Source: a virus. Taken from it: 64,000 bases of DNA. Where the stretch lies: positions 64,001 to 128,000 of IMG/VR virus record IMGVR_UViG_3300027754_000045. The stretch is one strand, 5' to 3'. Below are positions 56,920-64,000 of the stretch, piece by piece; position 1 is the first letter of the stretch; each line of letters starts with the position of its first letter. A program made the position numbers and the translations under genes. The notes beneath the pieces are model-generated. The model ran no database searches and had not been told where the DNA came from. It saw nothing but the letters and a program-made list of their open reading frames with translations.

Positions 56920-57807
56920 TTATTTGCCAGCAAAATATGGACTATTTTTGAGATTTGCAGCAAGTCGTCTCTTTCGATTTGCAGCCATGGTTAATCGATC
57001 CGAACCTTTAGCGTTGGCCCAGGTTTTTCGATCAGTAACTGTTTTTTTACTAGCCTTTTGTCTTTCTGCTTTTTGACGATTCTTGGGAACATTCTTACTA
57101 GATCCAGAAAGACCTGTTGTTCGGTTAGTATTTGGAATTTTCTTTTGAGTAGACTTCAACAGTTTTTTATTATATTTCTTTTCACCATCATCGTCCATCG
57201 TTATGCGAGCATCATTTCGTTTTTGTTTTCTGGTTCGCTTAGGAGCACTATCGTCTCTTCCGTGACTATACAATGAAGGTTCATAACCATGTTTATTTCT
57301 ACCACCACCCATTACTTGAAAAGTAGCAATACGATGAGCAGCATTTTCCTTAGTATCTTTACCCTTTAATTTTGGTTTAAAATTAGGACTATTTAACATG
57401 GCATCTGCCATTCTGTCTCGTTTTGCTATTTCTGGATCAGTCATAGTAAATTCATTTTCTGGATTCACTACTTCTTCTGAGATAACACCAAAGAATCTGG
57501 ATTTTAAACGATCACGAAGCAAAACTTTAAAATTTTCGTGAATCAATTCACCATCACTATTATCAACAATTGTGTGATCATGTTTTCTTTTTTTCTCAGG
57601 TTTATCAATTTTCTTTATATTAGTTTTAATATTTTCACACAATATACTAATAACATTTTCTGGAATAATTATATTCTTAACATAATCTGCTTCATAAAGA
57701 GCCAACTTATTTTTAAATGTTCCTAATATACCAAAATACACACCATTTGTGGTTTCTACAAGAATACGTTTGTTCATAAAATCAGTTATATTTTTATTAA
57801 TTGTCAT
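56920..57807 (-). CDS. Basic hypothetical protein, probable internal protein
   Basis: K/R-rich C-half; LIHE and ISE candidate cleavage motifs. Confidence 0.55.
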   Translation of the reverse strand: MTINKNITDFMNKRILVETTNGVYFGILGTFKNKLALYEADYVKNIIIPENVISILCENIKTNIKKIDKPEKKRKHDHTIVDNSDGELIHENFKVLLRDRLKSRFFGVISEEVVNPENEFTMTDPEIAKRDRMADAMLNSPNFKPKLKGKDTKENAAHRIATFQVMGGGRNKHGYEPSLYSHGRDDSAPKRTRKQKRNDARITMDDDGEKKYNKKLLKSTQKKIPNTNRTTGLSGSSKNVPKNRQKAERQKASKKTVTDRKTWANAKGSDRLTMAANRKRRLAANLKNSPYFAGK

Positions 57808-57816
57808 ATGTTTGCT

Positions 57817-60800
57817 TTATATTGTTATTTCATTACCATCGATTATACAATTTAATACTACATTATCTATAATACTTGGAATTTTTAGTGTTATGTCTAT
57901 AAATAAGCTTCCTGTTTTTGTTTTCAAGGGAGTATTATTAGTTTCGTCACAAACCACAGTATACGAAGAAATACCATTGTAAGATAAAATTATATTTAGT
58001 TCAGAAACAATGTTCAATTTCAATTTAGATCTAGTAATTTCGTTATTTAATTCGAAAGCATAAGTTTTAAATATATTTTTTATAGTTTTTCTCAACAGGG
58101 TTAAAAAGTATACTTCGTTTATTTTATCGTAATTATCAAAAGAAAATAAGTGTGTAGCTAATTTATTTCCGTTTAAAAACACAACATCATTATTATTTTT
58201 TGTTTTGTTGTATACTGCACTTAAATAGTTTTCGTCGTCATTACTAGAAAATTCATTAATAGGAGTAGGTAGAGTATTTAATAAAGACCCACGAGAAATA
58301 CCTGAAAATGGTCTCCATCTATCCTTTGTTGTTGATAATCGAGCAATACATCCTGCAGCATCGGTATTTGTTGATATATTTACTATAGTATTTGTCCAAG
58401 GACTAATAATTTGTTTTTTATCTGAAAAAAAACAAAGATTATTATCGTTTGTATAATAATTACTGCCTTCTGTGGTACTATAATCAGGTTTATTCACAAA
58501 TCTATAGTCTTGATTATTTAGAAAATTTTTATAATAATCAAGTATTCTAAATTTATCATTTTTGGTTGTGGCTATTATATAATGACTATGAGCATAAACT
58601 TTATCAAAAGATAAGTAATTTTCATTTTCTAGTTTTAAATAATTGTCTGTAGAATAAAGAACTTCTATATCACCCTTCATATTTACAGCGAAAGGTCCAT
58701 CAAAATTCGTGCTTACGGAGGTATACGGACCAGGATAATGCAAATAATTATCATTACCATTAGACATTAACCAAGATACTACACTTCCGTCTGTTTTAAG
58801 AGCAACATATCTGGTGTCTATTGCTGTACTAATTTCTGGATCGGTGCAAATATGGTTATCTATAAGATTTACTGCACTCTCTAAATATACAACACTATTA
58901 TTTGCAATTTGTGGAATATTTTTATTACTACTATTTCCCCAATGTACCACACTTCCGTCTGTTTTAAGAGCTAATATTTGATTCTGTATTACGATTTGAG
59001 AAGTACTATTAAGGGTAGTTAGAAGACCACAACAAGTTTGTGTTACGTCACTAAGTGTTTGTCCTAAAATTTTTATAACACTACCATAAGTAGTACCACC
59101 AGAAAGTGTAATTCCGTTTCCGTTAGAATTTGTTCCTAAATATTGATTATGAAATTCAGTTTCACCAACATTATTCACGTCTGTGTATGAATTTAAATCA
59201 TTACTATTACCAATAGAGGATCTATAAACCGCACCAGACGGTATAACTACAACATTTCTGTTTTTTAGAATTGCCACTATAAAGGTAAAATAGTTATAGT
59301 TGTCGGCAGCTCCGCCAGAGTTCTCACAGTTTAGTCGAACCATACTGTAACTTGTTTTTGCATCAATAACATTTGTTAGTGTGGTTCCTAATGGCCACTG
59401 AATTGGTTCGTACCATTTTTGTTGTTGATTTATTACAATATCCGCCATAGTATTTGTATAATAAATTTTATTATCTGATATTGCAATAAATGAATGATCA
59501 CTAGTGTAAACGTTAGTATAGGTTAATCCTCCACTATTCGTTTGATTATTATATACATTAAAATCTAAAGTAGCTCCCCCAACATGTAAAAATTTATTTT
59601 GTAGACCTTTTTGAACTATAAAGTTGTTGGTTGAAGAACACAACCCCGCTAGTGATCCAAAAGCATCAATACGCCCATTATTATATAAAGAAATACCACC
59701 TTTATAATAAGACACATAATTCTCCCCAGGTAAACTATTCTTAACGCTTTTGTCTATAACTATTTTGTCTATAATATTACTGTGTAAATTTTTTATAGAT
59801 TTTACTTTTTTATCTTTAAACACCATCATATAATCTTCATAAAATTTCCAATCCTGCGTAATTCCTGTATTTTTTGAAGATGTTGTGTTGGAAAGGTTTA
59901 TATAATCAATATCATTATTGTCTAAACCAGGTATGTTGTTTAATGGTGTTATGCTGTTCGATAGACTATGTGCTGGTGTTTTTTGAAAAGAAGGATATGC
60001 TGTTTTATAGTTATTTACATAACTAGTCAAATAAGAACTTTGATAAGTAGCAGAACCTTGGGAATATATGGTTATTGGAAAATTTAAATTTTCGCCAATT
60101 CCCCATCCATAATATGTTCCTCCAGCACTAATAGCAAAATTTGAAAATCCAGATCGACCTAATTTGATTCCATCAAAATTATAACTTGTGGGACAAAATA
60201 CCTGAATAATATCAGTAAGAGTAATGCCATTTATTCGAACAGGAACTAAAGGTGGAGGAATATTTGTGGTAGTATTATTGTTATTTCCTGCATTAGTTAG
60301 AGATATACCATAAGGAGTATCAAGTGCTGTTAAAGGATGGGATTGTGGAGTTCCTGTTCCGTATATTAAACCTATGGGCACAGAACTACAAACTCCTGAG
60401 ATATTATACCCAGTTTGAGAATATGCTTTATTTCTATCTTCCTGGCCCCAACACACCACATTTCCTCCAGCTGTTACAACACAAGTATGATGGTATCCTA
60501 CTGCTACAGATTTAATTCCAGTTAAACCTGAAGGAGGAGTTGTTCGAAATTTGGTTTCTGTATTAAAAGAGGATTCAAAAGCAGTATATCCGCCTGTAGA
60601 AGTTACTACCGCTATATGATTTGGTCCAATACTTATATTTCCTGCACTAATTCCAGTTACCCCGCTCAAAACATTTTTAGAAAATCCCTTTTTTACTAGA
60701 GAAGGATTTATAATAAATCCTTTTGTGTCTGAATTATAGTAAATTTCTGTTTTATTATGTTTTGATCTGTCTAACCAGTCTGAAGACGTAGAATAATCTA

Positions 60801-61380
60801 AAAAAGGCACTAAATATGAAATTTCTGTTTCAGGAAGATATGCGTCTTTTTTGTCGCCTGCTAAATTTGCACTTGATTGTATGCTAGAACGTCCATTAGT
60901 GCCTATTGGTGTGGTTAATACTATGTCATCTGTTCTTGTGACATCAGTAAAATCTTTAAATTTTACTGATTTATTGTAAATATTTGTTGTGAATGATTTT
61001 AGATTTTTTTGAGTTCCTAAAAAACCTAAACAATCTTTTCTTGTTTTAGTTAACTCTATAGTATCCAAAAACATAGTATCACTTAAACCATCATTAAAAA
61101 TAATATCTAAATCAACTAAATTATTGTTTCCGAGCGATCCAGTACTTCCAACAACGCAAATACCTCCATATTGAAGGTAATTGTAGATACTCCACCACTC
61201 TCCAGCCCAAGCACCAGTAGGACCAGAGGTTTTATACGAACTATCGTTTAGTCTACCCAACCAACTATTATAAGAAGGAATCGTCATAAGACCTATTTCT
61301 TTTTCAGAAACAGTACCAAACAAATTCAATAAAGTAGGTGATGGTATTCCAGCAATAATTATGTCATCTATAGTTGGCAT
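57817..61380 (-). CDS. Divergent tail-sheath (gp18-like) paralog with large RCC1-like insertion
   Basis: NYLQYGG, RKDC, NTDAAGCIAR...SRG, FELNNEITR, VVCDETNNTP; insert with VAVGYHHTCVV..GNVVCWG and ALKTDGSVV(H/S)W. Confidence 0.7.
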   Translation of the reverse strand: MPTIDDIIIAGIPSPTLLNLFGTVSEKEIGLMTIPSYNSWLGRLNDSSYKTSGPTGAWAGEWWSIYNYLQYGGICVVGSTGSLGNNNLVDLDIIFNDGLSDTMFLDTIELTKTRKDCLGFLGTQKNLKSFTTNIYNKSVKFKDFTDVTRTDDIVLTTPIGTNGRSSIQSSANLAGDKKDAYLPETEISYLVPFLDYSTSSDWLDRSKHNKTEIYYNSDTKGFIINPSLVKKGFSKNVLSGVTGISAGNISIGPNHIAVVTSTGGYTAFESSFNTETKFRTTPPSGLTGIKSVAVGYHHTCVVTAGGNVVCWGQEDRNKAYSQTGYNISGVCSSVPIGLIYGTGTPQSHPLTALDTPYGISLTNAGNNNNTTTNIPPPLVPVRINGITLTDIIQVFCPTSYNFDGIKLGRSGFSNFAISAGGTYYGWGIGENLNFPITIYSQGSATYQSSYLTSYVNNYKTAYPSFQKTPAHSLSNSITPLNNIPGLDNNDIDYINLSNTTSSKNTGITQDWKFYEDYMMVFKDKKVKSIKNLHSNIIDKIVIDKSVKNSLPGENYVSYYKGGISLYNNGRIDAFGSLAGLCSSTNNFIVQKGLQNKFLHVGGATLDFNVYNNQTNSGGLTYTNVYTSDHSFIAISDNKIYYTNTMADIVINQQQKWYEPIQWPLGTTLTNVIDAKTSYSMVRLNCENSGGAADNYNYFTFIVAILKNRNVVVIPSGAVYRSSIGNSNDLNSYTDVNNVGETEFHNQYLGTNSNGNGITLSGGTTYGSVIKILGQTLSDVTQTCCGLLTTLNSTSQIVIQNQILALKTDGSVVHWGNSSNKNIPQIANNSVVYLESAVNLIDNHICTDPEISTAIDTRYVALKTDGSVVSWLMSNGNDNYLHYPGPYTSVSTNFDGPFAVNMKGDIEVLYSTDNYLKLENENYLSFDKVYAHSHYIIATTKNDKFRILDYYKNFLNNQDYRFVNKPDYSTTEGSNYYTNDNNLCFFSDKKQIISPWTNTIVNISTNTDAAGCIARLSTTKDRWRPFSGISRGSLLNTLPTPINEFSSNDDENYLSAVYNKTKNNNDVVFLNGNKLATHLFSFDNYDKINEVYFLTLLRKTIKNIFKTYAFELNNEITRSKLKLNIVSELNIILSYNGISSYTVVCDETNNTPLKTKTGSLFIDITLKIPSIIDNVVLNCIIDGNEITI

Positions 61381-61400
61381 TAGTTTTTGTTCCTTTTACA

Positions 61401-61408
61401 TATTTATA
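61401..61408 (-). promoter_or_regulatory. Late promoter TATAAATA
   Basis: Part of palindromic TATTTATAAATA; AAGGA RBS then ATG 61380. Confidence 0.65.
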
Positions 61409-61426
61409 AATAAAAATTATATGTTT

Positions 61427-62053
61427 TTATTTTGACTGTAATCCTAGTTGTATGGCAACAGAATTACGAATTTTTGTAATTTCATGAACAGCTAAAGTTT
61501 TATCCACAATCTCAGCTTTTACCGAACTACACCACTGAATCATTAAAAAACCAGTTATTTCGTTTTGTATCCAAATAGGAATTACTGAAAATGCTTCAAC
61601 ATTCCTAGATTCTAAATATTGCTTAAAATAACTATCTTTAAGGTCCTGAGAATAGTGTAATTTTGCGTTATCTTCTACCACAAGATTTAATAGAGGAATA
61701 AACATTGAACACAAAAAACCACGTATTCTTGAGCCATCAGAAGCAATACCTTTTTCAAGAGATTCGTGGGTAAGACTAAATTTCCTCATTGATACACCAT
61801 CCATAAAATATTCGCCATTATGGAGTTGTATGATTTGAGCACGAGCAGAATCTGTTACTAATCTGAGTTCTGTGAGAAGTTCATGTATTTCACTGTGAAC
61901 TATGAAAAAGTTGTCCATTTTCAGGTAACTCTTCAATTTAGACCAACTTTTCATGAAACCTATTATTACACCAATAAAAATTGCTGTATAAATTGCCCAA
62001 TCCTCGAAAACTCTAACAAAATCTTGAGAAATATTAAAAATTCCATTAGGCAT
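61427..62053 (-). CDS. Single-pass membrane protein with GAF-like C-terminal domain
   Basis: TM WAIYTAIFIGVIIGFM; RAQIIQLHNG...FSVIPI...ITGFLMIQW GAF-like strand pattern. Confidence 0.6.
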   Translation of the reverse strand: MPNGIFNISQDFVRVFEDWAIYTAIFIGVIIGFMKSWSKLKSYLKMDNFFIVHSEIHELLTELRLVTDSARAQIIQLHNGEYFMDGVSMRKFSLTHESLEKGIASDGSRIRGFLCSMFIPLLNLVVEDNAKLHYSQDLKDSYFKQYLESRNVEAFSVIPIWIQNEITGFLMIQWCSSVKAEIVDKTLAVHEITKIRNSVAIQLGLQSK

Positions 62054-62056
62054 ATT

Positions 62057-64000
62057 TTATTTCTTTTTCTTCTTTCGTATTTCCAAATATGTTTTACATC
62101 CTTCACACCTTTGTGATGGATTTTTTGAAAATGGCGTATCGTTACTCAATCTATCGGTTAATTCTGGAGTTCCTTCGAAACCAGCACCATGATCTTCGTG
62201 CATAGCTCTATTTTTATGAGCAGACATAGGCTCTAGGTTGTTTGTGTTATTATTTTGTGGGTTTCCGTCTTTATGATTCACATCTATGCCGTCACCCTTT
62301 TTAACTTTGCCTAATTTTATCATTTTTCTTCGAGCAAGAACTCGTTTGCTTCTATTTTTTCTTTGTTTTGCTGATCCCTGATAATTATCATATTCTCTGC
62401 GATAATTTCTCTCGTTGAGTTCAGAAATAGAAAATTGCTCGTTAAGAATTTTAACGGCATCAAAACTAGTCATACAACCACTATTAACTTGTTGTGCGAA
62501 ATAATCATTACAAAATAAATATGATTCCATAAGAGCATCTGCTCCACGTTGTATTAAATCTTCCGAATTTCCTTCTGGATCAAAAATCATTTTGACTGGA
62601 ATATTAATTATTTGTTCTGATGGTGTTCCAGAATTAATAGTAATAGTATTTTCTGTATCAGAGTCTCCTGAATAAAAATCAGAATACGATAAAGGCTTGA
62701 CGAATACTGCGTCTATTAATTCTAGTTCGAATATTTCTAAAAAACTTAAAGGCATACTAATATAATCTTTAATTTTTTCAATATCCATTACTACATCCAA
62801 TGAACTTTCGTTGATTTGTGACATTTTTTGAAATAATGATTGTAGAAACCCATTACTAGCATTTTCTTTTTTTGAAAATTTCAAATGCAAATCTGTATCT
62901 TTTGATTTTGAAAAATCATTAACAAACTCTGCATTTAATGGAATAATTTTAGCATCAGTTCCGTCTTTATTTGCAGTCAACATAGCTTGAGCAGATCCTG
63001 GATTTCCTTCAAACTTTCCGTTTCCAGTTAAAAGTTCTTGTAAAAACATAGACTTTATGTTTATATTTTCGTTAATGTATTGTTCAAATAAATTAGCAGA
63101 TGTATTTAAAAGTTGTTGCTGGCGATTACTAATAAAATCATTTTTCATTCTTTGTTTGTTTAACAACAAAGATCCTTGTTGAATTGTTGTGGATTGAGTT
63201 GGTTCTATAAAATTTTTAGAAAAATCAGAACGAAGATTTTCTACAAAATCTTTAATCATTAAACTAAAAGATTCAAACATTTCTCTAGGATCTATTAGAG
63301 ACAGAGAAGTTGTTAGTGCAAACCCAGCTTCTCCTTTTATTCCTGGTCTCATTTGTTCACCAATTTTAACAGAAATTCCTAAAGAATCTTCTTTTGACAC
63401 ACCAATAAGATTAATATTTCCTACAGATTCTGGAATATTCATACTATTCCATAATTTACCAGTAGGATATGATGGTTCTGCTAAACTAAATTTCATATTA
63501 GCAGCTTCTGGGAATGTTTTAGAAATTTCCTTTACTATTCTTTCTATACAACTACCTAAAGTTCTATTAGAATCAATTTCTTGTTGAAATTCGGTTGGTA
63601 GTTTCTTACCAGATAAATTATTCAAGGCATCAGGTAATAAAGAATTTATTTGATTGTAATCATGATCCCAATCAGGATATGTAGAAAATTCATCAGTAAT
63701 TTCTTTTCCATTCTTTGGGGCACGAATATTTGGCGGAGGTGGCACAGATGCAGAAGATTCACTAGAAGATTTATCAGAAGATTTATCAGAAGATTTATCA
63801 GAAGAATCATCTTTTTTATTTTTTTCTATTTTGCCTAATATTTTTATAGAAGTTTTAGTATTAACAAAATTTTCCATACCAGAGTAATACGTTAGATCTC
63901 TTTTAGTAATATCGCCCTTGTCTACTTTTCCTATACGCCCTTTGATTACAGTATGAAGAGATTTATCAAAATCAGATTTTAAAATAATTTCTACTTTGTT
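62057..64000 (-). CDS. Large protein (5' truncated) with C-terminal HNH-like module
   Basis: Frame stays open from 63877 to the window end; RNYRREY...KGDGIDVNHKDGNPQNN...NRA; GAGFEGT...DTP tail. Confidence 0.7.
   Translation of the reverse strand, partial: NKVEIILKSDFDKSLHTVIKGRIGKVDKGDITKRDLTYYSGMENFVNTKTSIKILGKIEKNKKDDSSDKSSDKSSDKSSSESSASVPPPPNIRAPKNGKEITDEFSTYPDWDHDYNQINSLLPDALNNLSGKKLPTEFQQEIDSNRTLGSCIERIVKEISKTFPEAANMKFSLAEPSYPTGKLWNSMNIPESVGNINLIGVSKEDSLGISVKIGEQMRPGIKGEAGFALTTSLSLIDPREMFESFSLMIKDFVENLRSDFSKNFIEPTQSTTIQQGSLLLNKQRMKNDFISNRQQQLLNTSANLFEQYINENINIKSMFLQELLTGNGKFEGNPGSAQAMLTANKDGTDAKIIPLNAEFVNDFSKSKDTDLHLKFSKKENASNGFLQSLFQKMSQINESSLDVVMDIEKIKDYISMPLSFLEIFELELIDAVFVKPLSYSDFYSGDSDTENTITINSGTPSEQIINIPVKMIFDPEGNSEDLIQRGADALMESYLFCNDYFAQQVNSGCMTSFDAVKILNEQFSISELNERNYRREYDNYQGSAKQRKNRSKRVLARRKMIKLGKVKKGDGIDVNHKDGNPQNNNTNNLEPMSAHKNRAMHEDHGAGFEGTPELTDRLSNDTPFSKNPSQRCEGCKTYLEIRKKKKK
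63764..63805 (-). repeat. 12-nt tandem repeat (SSDK units)
   Basis: agaagatttatc x3 plus a partial copy on the + strand. Confidence 0.9.

Noticed and set aside
1-64000. Stop-codon reassignment
   Set aside because: Core genes are full-length under the standard code, and TAA, TGA and TAG all occur as apparent stops

Overview
64 kb of a large T4-like (myovirus) dsDNA phage genome in the standard genetic code, with no tRNA, rRNA or CRISPR seen. The + strand (1-49486) carries the T4 core replication, recombination and transcription genes: uvsY end, uvsW, gp55, gp47, gp46, RNase H, gp45, gp44, gp62, regA, then gp43, uvsX, gp41, gp61, thyX and a class II nrdJ. regA and gp43 are neighbours in T4 but here are separated by a ~30 kb island. 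The island has (i) a ~15 kb glycan-biosynthesis cluster: GT10, GT17, GT2-TPR, two DUF5672-like genes, a GDP-mannose 3,5-epimerase, an aminotransferase, an acetyltransferase, methyltransferases and an SDR-cupin-C-methyltransferase fusion, with an AT-rich core flanked by genes of core-like composition; and (ii) late virion genes: a 2513-aa protein with 10 IPT/TIG repeats plus lyase-like and GH56-like domains, a collagen fibre and a tail fibre. The right end holds a membrane-anchored serine protease, a GIY-YIG endonuclease, a RuvC-like resolvase and minus-strand late genes (probable internal head proteins, candidate holin/spanin, a tail-sheath paralog with an RCC1-like insertion). The best candidate for an undescribed system is a phage-encoded virion glycosylation pathway whose likely targets appear enriched in a G-x-T/S(/C) motif that may be a sequon. 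Five sigma70-type promoters all have a 16-nt spacer, and several late promoters appear to drive leaderless mRNAs. All family assignments come from motif recognition by eye; no searches were run.
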